Positions 1-8,950 of a DNA stretch of 32,000 bases are shown here, piece by piece. The notes below the pieces were generated by a model. That model had not been told where the DNA came from. It saw nothing but the letters and a program-made list of their open reading frames with translations, and did no database searches. The position numbers and the translations under genes were made by a program. The stretch covers positions 3,240,001 through 3,272,000 of the forward strand of contig NC_014033.1 of NCBI RefSeq assembly GCF_000025925.1, given 5' to 3'. Positions within the stretch are counted from its first letter, which is position 1. Each line of letters begins with the position of its first letter. This stretch comes from Xylanibacter ruminicola 23 (lineage in GTDB: Bacteria > Bacteroidota > Bacteroidia > Bacteroidales > Bacteroidaceae).

Positions 1-1
1 T

Positions 2-1798
2 CGCAGAGTTAAAGGCGAACGAGCGTTTATCCATTATACAAAGTCTAATTCAGCCCTGCCGCATAACAGTGTATCTACATTGGCTGCCGATGGCTATGGT
101 CGTTTGTGGGTTGGCACGTGGGGAGGCGGACTCTGTTGGATTGACATGAAGAATCCTCAAACCATTGTCCGTCTTGAGCTTCCTGCCGAACAGGCCCGGT
201 TAACCAATTATATCGGCGCCATGGCTTACGATGCCATTAACGGCGGCATGTGGATTGGTAGTAACGATGGTTTGTTTTTCTATAGTTTTAAAAACAAACA
301 GTTGATAGAACCATTCGAAGAGTGCCAGTTGGTGCGAGGTTGTATAGGCTCGATCGTAACGCGCGATGGTCACTTGTGGATGGGGTGCATGCAAGGTGTT
401 GTGATCGTCGATTTGAAATCAGAGAAGAATGGACAGTTTGCAACTCGCAATATCCGCCATCTTTTGGCCGATCCTACATCCAAAATCGTTGATAAGATTT
501 CTTCGTTTTGCGAAACCAGCGATGGTACTCTGTGGTTGGGTAGTAACGGATACGGCTTGTATAAGCGTGTGGTGGATAATGATGGAAAGGAGCATTTTGA
601 TGTGCTGACGCAGGAGGATGGATTGGTATATAATGGCGTGAAAGGCATCGTAGAGGATCGTAATGGCAGATTATGGATTACTACTCAGAATGGTTTGTCG
701 GTCTATGATCCCAAATTGCAGGCTTTTACTAACTACTCACAGCATGATGGATTGATAAGTCCGCATTTCTATTGGAACTCTGCTATAAAGGATGCTTCTG
801 GTAATATTTGCTTGGGTAGCGAGGCAGGATTGATAGAAATGCTTGATGATAATACCGACACCCATTATCATGGTCATCTCACATTCACCCGATTGATGGT
901 GGATAACCAAGAAGCATTAGCAGGCAGTGGCTATTTGACTGAAGACATCTCTGTGGCCAAGAATATCTGGTTGAAGGAGGGACATCGCTCTTTCTCTATT
1001 GATTTCTCTGCCCTCGACTATGGCTATGAGATGCAGGGTGTGTACAGCTACCGTATGAAGGGTTTTGATAACGATTGGGTTGTCTTAAAGCCTGGTGAGC
1101 ATTCGGTGCGCTATAGTGTGTTGCCTGCAGGCAACTACACTTTTGAGGTGAACTATAAGTCGGTCCAGACGGCTGTTGAGGGTACTACCATCTCTATCGA
1201 GGTCGTTGTGAAACCGTATTTCTGGCGTAGCTGGTGGTTCCGTATGTTGCTAAGTATCCTGTTTATAGTATTCCTGATATATTTATATAATAGGTGGGCC
1301 GCAGTTGTAAAGCGTCGCGAGGCAGAGCAGTTACTGACACCTATCCGCAGGGTTTTGGAAGAGTCTGACGACCCTCGTCAGTTGCAGTCTCGCATCCAGA
1401 ACATCCTGGATAACCAAGAGCGCTATAAGCAAAGCGTGACCAAGAGTGTGGAGGCCGACAAGGAGGAAGTAATGAAGAGTACACGTCCGTTTATGGAGCG
1501 TGTGATGGAGATTATGGAGACGCACTATATGGATTCCGAGTTCGGAGTGCAGGAGTTTTGTGATGCTTTGGGTATGAGCCGTAGTGTAGCCAGCAAGCAT
1601 CTCAATGCCGAGGCTGGACTGCCTGTTGGACAGTTCATCCGCAATTACCGCTTGAATATGGCTAAGGAGATGTTATCGTCTAAAACCACTAACCGTAATA
1701 TTACTGAGATAGCCTATGCAGTAGGCTTTAATGATCCTAAATATTTTACGCGCTGTTTTACTAAGATGTATGGTGTCAATCCAAGTTCTTGGTCTTGA
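2..1798 (+). CDS. HTCS-like sensor/regulator without kinase or receiver modules. It has periplasmic beta-propeller repeats and a Y_Y_Y region, one TM helix and a C-terminal AraC-type HTH. The 5' end lies outside the window.
   Basis: The frame is open from nt 2, with no stop before the TTG at 80, so the gene is cut by the window edge. Propeller-type motifs recur (DG.LW.G..NGL). A hydrophobic helix WWFRMLLSILFIVFLIYLY lies at about nt 1230-1290. The C-terminus carries an AraC signature (IAYAVGFNDPKYFTRCFTKMYGVNPS). Only about 70 aa separate the TM helix from the HTH. Confidence 0.85.
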   Translation, partial: RRVKGERAFIHYTKSNSALPHNSVSTLAADGYGRLWVGTWGGGLCWIDMKNPQTIVRLELPAEQARLTNYIGAMAYDAINGGMWIGSNDGLFFYSFKNKQLIEPFEECQLVRGCIGSIVTRDGHLWMGCMQGVVIVDLKSEKNGQFATRNIRHLLADPTSKIVDKISSFCETSDGTLWLGSNGYGLYKRVVDNDGKEHFDVLTQEDGLVYNGVKGIVEDRNGRLWITTQNGLSVYDPKLQAFTNYSQHDGLISPHFYWNSAIKDASGNICLGSEAGLIEMLDDNTDTHYHGHLTFTRLMVDNQEALAGSGYLTEDISVAKNIWLKEGHRSFSIDFSALDYGYEMQGVYSYRMKGFDNDWVVLKPGEHSVRYSVLPAGNYTFEVNYKSVQTAVEGTTISIEVVVKPYFWRSWWFRMLLSILFIVFLIYLYNRWAAVVKRREAEQLLTPIRRVLEESDDPRQLQSRIQNILDNQERYKQSVTKSVEADKEEVMKSTRPFMERVMEIMETHYMDSEFGVQEFCDALGMSRSVASKHLNAEAGLPVGQFIRNYRLNMAKEMLSSKTTNRNITEIAYAVGFNDPKYFTRCFTKMYGVNPSSWS

Positions 1799-1800
1799 TT

Positions 1801-1832
1801 TAGCTCAAGGATGTGAATTGATATAGCTCAAG
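1801..1832. repeat. Perfect 9-bp direct repeat TAGCTCAAG (1801-1809 and 1824-1832), 23 bp start to start
   Basis: Read directly from the sequence. It begins just after the regulator stop codon (TGA at 1796-1798), in the intergenic region upstream of susC-like gene 1. Confidence 0.6.
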
Positions 1833-1853
1833 AAGTGGAAAATATACACGGAT

Positions 1854-1899
1854 GAGGACAAAAATTATTTTGTCCTCCTTATTAATCATTTTGTCCACC
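1854..1899 (+). promoter_or_regulatory. Three copies of TTTTGTCC(T/A)C. An inverted pair forms a 10-bp hairpin (1854-1863 with 1868-1877, loop ATTA), and a direct copy follows 21 bp later (1889-1898). This is either the terminator of the regulator gene or an operator array.
   Basis: GAGGACAAAA-atta-TTTTGTCCTC, then ATTTTGTCCACC. The 12-mers at 1867-1878 and 1888-1899 match at 11 of 12 positions. The proximal copy ends 20 nt before the -7 box. Confidence 0.4.
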
Positions 1900-1919
1900 A
1901 TTGCTTTGTTTTATCTCCG

Positions 1920-1927
1920 TATCTTTG
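1920..1927 (+). promoter_or_regulatory. Bacteroidota -7 promoter box TATCTTTG (consensus TAnnTTTG) for the PUL-1 susC operon
   Basis: Exact match to TAnnTTTG, 55 nt upstream of the ATG at 1983. Confidence 0.5.
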
Positions 1928-1982
1928 CGCCAGATTATTTCAAATTTTAACTAATTCAAATTAAAACTTAAAACAATTAGCA

Positions 1983-4900
1983 ATGAGAAAACATGTATTT
2001 ATCTCTGCGATGCTTGCGCTAGGTATGCTGGGCGGCCTGTCGGCTTATCCGGTTCCTGCTATGGCATTAGTGGCACAGCAAACCATTAAGGTTAGCGGCC
2101 AGGTTGTAGACCAAGAGGGAGAACCACTCATTGGTGCAACAGTGAAGTTGAAGGGGGCACAGACGGGTGTCATTACCGACTTCGACGGAAAGTTTACCAT
2201 CGATGTACCTGCCAATGGTACACTTGTGGTGAGCTATGTAGGTTACAAGGATCGTGAGATAGCTGTACGCGGACGCGCGATTATTGAAACTATCGAAATG
2301 GAAAGCGACGCCATGATGCTCGACCAGGTTGTTGTGGTAGGTTATGGTGTACAGAAGAAAGCCGACCTTACAGGTTCTGTATCTATTGTGAATGCCGACG
2401 AGTTGAAGCGCGTTTCACATTCTAACATTTCTTCTATGCTCGAGGGTAAGGTAGCTGGTGTGCAGATTACCTCTGATGGTCAGCCTGGTGCCGACCCAAC
2501 GGTACGTATCCGTGGTATCGGTAGCTTTGGTAGCACAGCACCTCTTTATGTTATCGATGGTGTGCCCGTAGGTACCAGTATTCGTGATTTCTCTCCAAAC
2601 GATATCGAGACCATTCAGGTACTCAAGGATGCTTCTGCTGGTGCTATCTATGGTAGCCGTGCTGCAAACGGTGTGGTAATTATCACCACCAAGGGCGGAA
2701 AGAAGGAGCAGCCACTTAAGGTAGATTATAAGGGCTATTTCGGTGTGGATAAAATCCAGATAGGTGTTTACGATCTGACCAATGCCGAACAGTATAGTCG
2801 TTATCTGGGTATTGCTGCCGAGAATGCTGGTATTCCTGTTCCCGGTGGATATAGCTTGGGTTCTGATGGTTACTATCATTTCCGCGATAATACCGATACC
2901 GATTGGTTGGCCGAGGCCTTCAAGACTGGTATCCGTCAGAACCACAGCGTGAACCTGAGTGGTGGTGGTATTAATAATACCTATAATATAAGTCTTGATT
3001 ACTATAATCAGAAGGGTACCCTCGAGGGTGCTGGTCCAAACTTCGAGCGTTATACTGCTCGTGTTAACAACACGATGGATACCAAGTTCGTGAAGTTCCG
3101 TACCAGTCTTGTTTATTCTCACTCCGATCAGGACAACCTGGCAGTATCTAATGCCAATGAGTATGTACAGGGTTTGTATGGTAATCTGGGTAACGTGTTA
3201 GGTGGTGTGCTCAATATGCAGCCTACCATTAAGGCTTACGACGCTTCAACATGGGTACTCGACGATGTGGTAGGCTCTGCCAGTGGCTACAAGTACGATG
3301 CTTATGGCTATGGTGTTTACTACGATACCGTACATGGCGATATCTCGGCTATGAACCCACTGCTGGTAAATAAGATGCTTACACGTAATACCATCGTCGA
3401 TCGTTTTGTAGGTACCGCTTCTGCCGATGTCGATCTGCTGTCGATGGTAGGTATTAAGAGCAAGAATCATCAGCTCACTTATAAGATCAACCTGTCATAT
3501 AGCACCACATCTTGTAATGATAAAACCTGGATTCCTGCATGGATTCAGAGTAACCGTGTATATCTGGCTAAGGAGAACGAGCGCCTTACCAAGGCTCATC
3601 GTAAGTACACTGATGCACTGATTGAGAATACACTTACTTACGATGGTACCATTGGTCTGCATCACGCTAACATCGTTGTAGGTCAGACCTATCAGGAGGA
3701 GAACACCCAGACACAGTCGGCTACTGGTGTTAACTTGTCGCAGCCTTACTTCCTGCAGCTGCAGAATGCCAGCTCTTGGAGTGCCGAAAGCTATGAGTAC
3801 AAGCACACTTTGGCTTCTTACCTGGCTCGTTTGAACTACGACTTCGATGGCAAGTACCTCATTTCGGGTATCGTACGTCGCGATGGTAGCTCTCGTTTGT
3901 CAAAGGATATCCGCTGGGATACTTTCACATCTGTATCTCTTGGTTGGCGTTTCGATAAGGAGAAGTTCTTCCCCATCAATCGCGACATCGTGAATATGTT
4001 CAAGCTCCGTGCCAGCTATGGTGAGCTGGGTTACGAGGCTGCTGTAGGCGACTATGCCATCGAGGCAACTATGGCCCGTAACAACATGACCTATAGCTTC
4101 GGTAATCAGCCTGTTACTGGTTCGGCTGTTTCTACTTTCGTAAACGAGAACCTGACATGGGAGAAGAGAAAGACTATGAACGTAGGTCTTGATCTGGCTT
4201 TCTTCAATAACCGCATCGAGTTTACTGCCGAGTGGTATAAGAATAAGTCAGAGGATCTGCTTTATAACGTGCCTGTTCCAGCCAATGCAGGTGTGGCTAA
4301 CACTTCAGTAACCATGAATGCCGCTTCGATGGAGAACAGCGGATTCGAGTTCTCACTCACCTATCGTAATCGCGATCACGCTCTGAAGCACGAAATCAGT
4401 GCTAACCTGAGCACCTTGAAGAATAAGGTTACATCGCTTGGTTTCGGTACGGAGAAGTATATCACTGGTTCTTATATCACCGAGGTTGGTCAGGAAGTTG
4501 GTAAGTTCTATGGTTGGGATTACCAGGGTATTATCCGTACCCAGGAGCAGCTCGATCAGCTGAACGCACTTGCACAGGCTCAAGGTCTGGAAGAGTATCA
4601 GCCAGGTGCCCATGTAGGTGATTGCTACTATCGCGATGTAAATGGCGACGGTCAGATTAATGCCGACGACCAGACAGTTTTGGGTAGCGGTCTGCCAAAG
4701 GTTAACTTTGGTTTGAGTGCACACCTCGAGTACAAGATTTTCGATTTGAGTATCTCAACTTATGGTGCCCTTGGTTACCATGTAACCGATTATCTCTATA
4801 ACACCCTGAATTCAAGCTACGGCTACGGTAATAAGAGTGTTGATATTCTTGCTGCTAACCAGTGGGATGGTGGTACCTACGTATCAAACATCCCCCGCAC

Positions 4901-5198
4901 TTACCTCTCTAACAGTGCAACCTTGGCTTGGAACGACCTGTTCAGCTGCCGCCAGATTCAGAATGCCGCTTACTGGAAGATTGCTAACGTAGAGCTTGGC
5001 TGCAACCTGCCTAACAAGTGGTTCGCCAACTACGTAACTGGTGTACGAGTATATGTTTCGGCTCAGAACCTCTTCACCTTCACAGGTTATAAGGGTTACA
5101 ATGTCGATTATGCCGGTGGTACCTTCACTCCTGGATTCAACTACTGTTCGTACCCAACTGCCAGAAGCTTTATGGCTGGTTTGAATTTCACTTTCTAA
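1983..5198 (+). CDS. SusC-like TonB-dependent outer-membrane transporter (PUL-1)
   Basis: 1071 aa. It has a signal peptide, an N-terminal CarboxypepD_reg-like domain (KVSGQVVDQEGEPLIGATVKLKG...DFDGKFTI), a plug region (VVVGYGVQKKADLTGSV) and a C-terminal aromatic residue (LNFTF). A SusD-like gene follows directly. Confidence 0.95.
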   Translation: MRKHVFISAMLALGMLGGLSAYPVPAMALVAQQTIKVSGQVVDQEGEPLIGATVKLKGAQTGVITDFDGKFTIDVPANGTLVVSYVGYKDREIAVRGRAIIETIEMESDAMMLDQVVVVGYGVQKKADLTGSVSIVNADELKRVSHSNISSMLEGKVAGVQITSDGQPGADPTVRIRGIGSFGSTAPLYVIDGVPVGTSIRDFSPNDIETIQVLKDASAGAIYGSRAANGVVIITTKGGKKEQPLKVDYKGYFGVDKIQIGVYDLTNAEQYSRYLGIAAENAGIPVPGGYSLGSDGYYHFRDNTDTDWLAEAFKTGIRQNHSVNLSGGGINNTYNISLDYYNQKGTLEGAGPNFERYTARVNNTMDTKFVKFRTSLVYSHSDQDNLAVSNANEYVQGLYGNLGNVLGGVLNMQPTIKAYDASTWVLDDVVGSASGYKYDAYGYGVYYDTVHGDISAMNPLLVNKMLTRNTIVDRFVGTASADVDLLSMVGIKSKNHQLTYKINLSYSTTSCNDKTWIPAWIQSNRVYLAKENERLTKAHRKYTDALIENTLTYDGTIGLHHANIVVGQTYQEENTQTQSATGVNLSQPYFLQLQNASSWSAESYEYKHTLASYLARLNYDFDGKYLISGIVRRDGSSRLSKDIRWDTFTSVSLGWRFDKEKFFPINRDIVNMFKLRASYGELGYEAAVGDYAIEATMARNNMTYSFGNQPVTGSAVSTFVNENLTWEKRKTMNVGLDLAFFNNRIEFTAEWYKNKSEDLLYNVPVPANAGVANTSVTMNAASMENSGFEFSLTYRNRDHALKHEISANLSTLKNKVTSLGFGTEKYITGSYITEVGQEVGKFYGWDYQGIIRTQEQLDQLNALAQAQGLEEYQPGAHVGDCYYRDVNGDGQINADDQTVLGSGLPKVNFGLSAHLEYKIFDLSISTYGALGYHVTDYLYNTLNSSYGYGNKSVDILAANQWDGGTYVSNIPRTYLSNSATLAWNDLFSCRQIQNAAYWKIANVELGCNLPNKWFANYVTGVRVYVSAQNLFTFTGYKGYNVDYAGGTFTPGFNYCSYPTARSFMAGLNFTF

Positions 5199-5235
5199 GA
5201 TGAGCATTGATATAATAATTGATAAATTGAAGTAT

Positions 5236-6984
5236 ATGAAACTACATAAAATTTCATTGGCTGTACTGGTAGGTCTTGGCACTCTCGCTTCGTGCGATAG
5301 CAAGTTGGATGTATCGAACCCTAACCAGCAAACCACAGCCACATTCGGCAACGATGTCGAATCATTAGAGGAGAATGTGATTGCTGCCTACAACCACATC
5401 CGTATGGAGGGCACCTATGCCCGTGTGGGCTATACACTCGACGTTTGTCGTGGTGATGAAGTTTGGAACTCATCGCAGGTATGGTATATGCCTTTCGATG
5501 ACCTGAATGCACCTTTCACCGACGAGATTGGTCAGTGGTCATGGCGTGACTGGTATTACACCATCAATGTATGTAACTACACTATTACTCGTTGTGGCGA
5601 GGATAACTCAGTTCTTTCTGAGACTATGAAGCGCATCAAGGGACAGATGCTGTTCCTGCGCGGTCTGGCTTACTATAACCTGACTGGTTACTATCAGAAC
5701 CCTATTCTGATTACCGATTATAATACCTATTCTACACTCGATGGTCTTTATGGTACTAACAGCACCTACGATGAGGCTTGGGATCAGGTAGAGAAGGACT
5801 TTGCCGAGGCTATGACCCTGCTGCCCAGTCGCGATGCAGGCGGTCAGTGGGCGCTGGGCCGTGCTACCAACGGTGCTGCTGCCGGCTATTATGCCCGTGC
5901 ACTGATGATGCGTCATAAGTACAGCGAGGCTCTTGCCGTACTGAAGGATATCATTGGCGGAAAGTATGGTCACTATGAGTTGATGAAGAACTATGGCGAT
6001 AACTTCCGCGAGGGCTCTGCTTATGAGAACAATGCTGAGAGCCTGTTCGAGATTCAGTATCTGGATTACGGCTCACAGGGTACCGACGACGAGTGGACAC
6101 CTGTAAACACCAGTCCTAACGCTACTCAGGGTCATGCCGTTGAGAGTAACTTTGGTCCTGGTGACATGGGTGGATGGGCCGACCTTTCTGCCTCTCCATG
6201 GCTCTATCAGCTCTTTAAGTCTGAGAAGACCACCAGTGGTTCGCTCGATCCACGCCTGTATTGGACCATCGGTACTTACGAGCCCGAGTGGGATGGCTTT
6301 GAGTATGGTAACGTTTGCTATACCGTGCCTATGACAGCCGATGCCCCCGTGGTAACCAATAACAACAATGGTGGACTGCCTATTGCTAAGAATACCAACC
6401 TGCGTACTGGTCTTTACGATAAGGTGGTAACAGGTCTGCACTGCGGTATCAACCTGCGTATGATGCGTTACTCTGATGTACTGCTGCGTGCTGCTGAGTG
6501 CGAGAACGAGGTAAATGGTCCTACACAGCAGGCTATCGACTGGATTAACCAGGTTCGTAACCGTGCCGGTTTGGCCGATCTGAAGCTAGCTGATTTCTCT
6601 GGCAATGCCGATAAGCTGTTCGAGCAGATTGCTAACGTTGAGCGTCCTAAGGAGTTCGGTTGTGAGTTCGGTCGTGGTTTCGACCTTGTTCGCTGGGGCT
6701 TCTTCTACAGCGCCGATCGTCTGCAGCAGATTAAGGAGCATGGCACCTTCCGTCGTACCAACGACAAGACCCGTGTAAAAGAGCCTGTAAGCTATGCCGA
6801 GGTAGGTCTCGATCCTGAGCTCAAGAGTTCGTACGACAGTTGGATCCAGGGTCATGAGTTCTTCCCCATCTATCAGGGAACACTGAATGATAACCCCAAC
6901 CTGGTTGGTAACTCAGCCAACAAGAGCGAGAGCAATGCCGATAAACTTTACGGCCCTGTTCATCCTGTGGTGAACCTCAAATAA
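5236..6984 (+). CDS. SusD/RagB-family outer-membrane lipoprotein (PUL-1)
   Basis: It sits immediately after the SusC gene. The lipoprotein signal is MKLHKISLAVLVGLGTLASC. SusD-like motifs are present (LRGLAYYNL, RYSDVLLRAAE, ERPKEF). An alternative ATG at 5200 would add 12 aa before the signal peptide. Confidence 0.9.
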   Translation: MKLHKISLAVLVGLGTLASCDSKLDVSNPNQQTTATFGNDVESLEENVIAAYNHIRMEGTYARVGYTLDVCRGDEVWNSSQVWYMPFDDLNAPFTDEIGQWSWRDWYYTINVCNYTITRCGEDNSVLSETMKRIKGQMLFLRGLAYYNLTGYYQNPILITDYNTYSTLDGLYGTNSTYDEAWDQVEKDFAEAMTLLPSRDAGGQWALGRATNGAAAGYYARALMMRHKYSEALAVLKDIIGGKYGHYELMKNYGDNFREGSAYENNAESLFEIQYLDYGSQGTDDEWTPVNTSPNATQGHAVESNFGPGDMGGWADLSASPWLYQLFKSEKTTSGSLDPRLYWTIGTYEPEWDGFEYGNVCYTVPMTADAPVVTNNNNGGLPIAKNTNLRTGLYDKVVTGLHCGINLRMMRYSDVLLRAAECENEVNGPTQQAIDWINQVRNRAGLADLKLADFSGNADKLFEQIANVERPKEFGCEFGRGFDLVRWGFFYSADRLQQIKEHGTFRRTNDKTRVKEPVSYAEVGLDPELKSSYDSWIQGHEFFPIYQGTLNDNPNLVGNSANKSESNADKLYGPVHPVVNLK

Positions 6985-7027
6985 AAGGTAAATAAGAAAA
7001 AGGTAAAAAAGTAAAAACTATAAGATT

Positions 7028-8941
7028 ATGAAATACAATAAAATAGCAACAGTCATCTGTTCGGCTGCCTTGAGCTTGCTCACGCTGACAGGTTGCGAAG
7101 GTGGTGATTTGTTCAGCATCAATGCACCCGATTGGCTTTCGTCAAAGGCTGATTCTATTGCTGCCGAAAAGGCTAAGAATCAGGGCGACGATGTGATTGA
7201 AGGTATGGAGGAGGATGTGTACACCGTTGGTGCTACCGATTACTCTACAGGCTGGTGGGCTCAGTTCTCTAAGTACTATCAGATTCCCGAAGGCGGCAAG
7301 TGGATTGCTCAGTTCAACCTGAATATCAATCCCAGTGCCTCTAACACTTATAAGAACTTTGCCATGATTATTACTAACGACGAGGATCGTGGTGCTGGCA
7401 ACTATAAGGAGTATGGTGCTATCCGATACGACTATCAGCCCAGTGGTAACTCTGAGTGGGGTGACTATATCGACCGTAGTCTGGCATCGAGCGACTTGGA
7501 GTTTGCTACCGATACCGATACTGGTGTTGATAAGTTAGGTGGTAAGGTAACACTCACTATCGACCGTACCAATGGTGGATTGGTGGTTACCATGACTAAT
7601 GGCGTGGTTACAAAGACCTATAACCAGACTTCGGCTCTGGTTAACCTGAATGCTGATGCCTCTAACGGCACTATCCGCGCATTCCTGGTTCCCGAGGGTT
7701 CTTATATTAGCTGGCTGGGTTCTACCATCGAGCCTATCGGTGGCTTTACCTCTAAGGAGGATAAGCAGCCACTTTCGATGACACTGAATGGTGTGCCCAA
7801 GAAGGTGCTGCAGGGTACCGAGGCTGCCGATGCCTTTGCTAATGTTACTGCTACAGTTCAGTTCGAGCAGGGTGTATCTAAGGAGGTTACAGCCAAGGAT
7901 CTTACCTTCCAGGCTATTCCAAATATGGATCAGTTGGGCAGTAAGACGCTGGTAGCCGTTTACAACAAGACCTATAAGGGCGAGGCTGCTAATCCTATTA
8001 TCGCATACGCTTCATTCCAGGTGGTTGATAAGATGTACACCAGCATTGGTGCTACCGATAACACGACTGCCTTCTGGGGTGCTCATTCTGAGAATATCAA
8101 GGTTGGTGCTAAGGAAACGTTTGTTTCGCGCTTTACCAACTATACCAATGGTCAGAACAACTGGAACAACTTCTGCGTTGTTCTCTGTGCTGCCGATAAT
8201 TCTGAGTATGCCGTAGTACGTGCCGATAACTATGGTTGGGGTGCAGGCTATGAGAATAATGCCGCCCTCGAACTTTCTGGTGGTCAGAGCGACTGGGGTG
8301 CATGGCTCAAGGCTATGGATGGTGCCAAGGTTACTACCTATGTTACTAACCATGGTAACGGTTCTGCCGATGTGAAGGCTGTGATGGTTGGCAACAACGG
8401 CGTTACCTATACACAGGAGTATAAGGGTATCAAGATTAACTCCGACGACTTCTACTTCCGCTTTACCGTGGATGGTAGCCATCTTGAGTTCGATGATGTG
8501 GTTGGTGCCGAGGATAACTCTACAGCCTTCTGGGGTGCTCACTCTCAGGACTTCAACGTACCTTCGGGCTATACCGTTAGCACACGCATCAAGAACTTTA
8601 CAAACCTCCAGAACAACTGGAATAACTTCTGTGTAGTTCTTACCAGCGATGGTACCAACGAGTATGGTGTGGTACGTGCCGACAACTATGGCTGGGGCGA
8701 CAGCTATGGTGCTTGCACACCAAGTGGTGGTCAGAGCGACTGGGGTGCATGGCTCAAGGCTATGGACGAGGCTATGGTAACCGTATCTGTTACTAACAAG
8801 GGCGGTTCGGCCGATGTGAAGTGTGTGATGGCAGGTAACGATGGCAAGACCTATAAGCAGGATTACATTGGTATCAGCCCCATCAGTAGCGATCTCTATT
8901 TCCGATTCACTGTAGATGGGAGTCACTTGATTTTCGAATAA
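7028..8941 (+). CDS. Surface lipoprotein of unknown family with three copies of a domain of about 150 aa plus a central Ig-like segment. Candidate surface glycan-binding protein (SGBP).
   Basis: The lipobox is LTLTGC, followed by the acidic stretch EGGDLF. The gene occupies the slot after susD that SGBPs usually fill. The internal repeats are visible directly in the sequence. I recognise no catalytic motifs. Confidence 0.7.
   Translation: MKYNKIATVICSAALSLLTLTGCEGGDLFSINAPDWLSSKADSIAAEKAKNQGDDVIEGMEEDVYTVGATDYSTGWWAQFSKYYQIPEGGKWIAQFNLNINPSASNTYKNFAMIITNDEDRGAGNYKEYGAIRYDYQPSGNSEWGDYIDRSLASSDLEFATDTDTGVDKLGGKVTLTIDRTNGGLVVTMTNGVVTKTYNQTSALVNLNADASNGTIRAFLVPEGSYISWLGSTIEPIGGFTSKEDKQPLSMTLNGVPKKVLQGTEAADAFANVTATVQFEQGVSKEVTAKDLTFQAIPNMDQLGSKTLVAVYNKTYKGEAANPIIAYASFQVVDKMYTSIGATDNTTAFWGAHSENIKVGAKETFVSRFTNYTNGQNNWNNFCVVLCAADNSEYAVVRADNYGWGAGYENNAALELSGGQSDWGAWLKAMDGAKVTTYVTNHGNGSADVKAVMVGNNGVTYTQEYKGIKINSDDFYFRFTVDGSHLEFDDVVGAEDNSTAFWGAHSQDFNVPSGYTVSTRIKNFTNLQNNWNNFCVVLTSDGTNEYGVVRADNYGWGDSYGACTPSGGQSDWGAWLKAMDEAMVTVSVTNKGGSADVKCVMAGNDGKTYKQDYIGISPISSDLYFRFTVDGSHLIFE
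8045..8938 (+). repeat. In-frame tandem duplication inside the lipoprotein gene, period 456 bp (152 aa). A diverged third copy lies at about 7223-7630.
   Basis: Shared blocks are TAFWGAHS, QNNWNNFCVVL, VVRADNYGWG, SGGQSDWGAWLKAMD, SADVK and YFRFTVDGSHL. The copies start at 8048 and 8504. Confidence 0.85.
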
Positions 8942-8950
8942 TTTAAATTG

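Noticed and set aside
8012-8926. A 304-aa minus-strand ORF, and similar long antisense ORFs at 2415-3122, 10920-11714, 11870-12736, 12824-13456, 27348-28178 and 29199-30065
   Set aside because: Each lies entirely inside, and antisense to, a confidently assigned PUL gene. Their compositions are unprotein-like (rich in I, V, T, H and C, with no motifs). None has a TAnnTTTG box. They are shadow ORFs.
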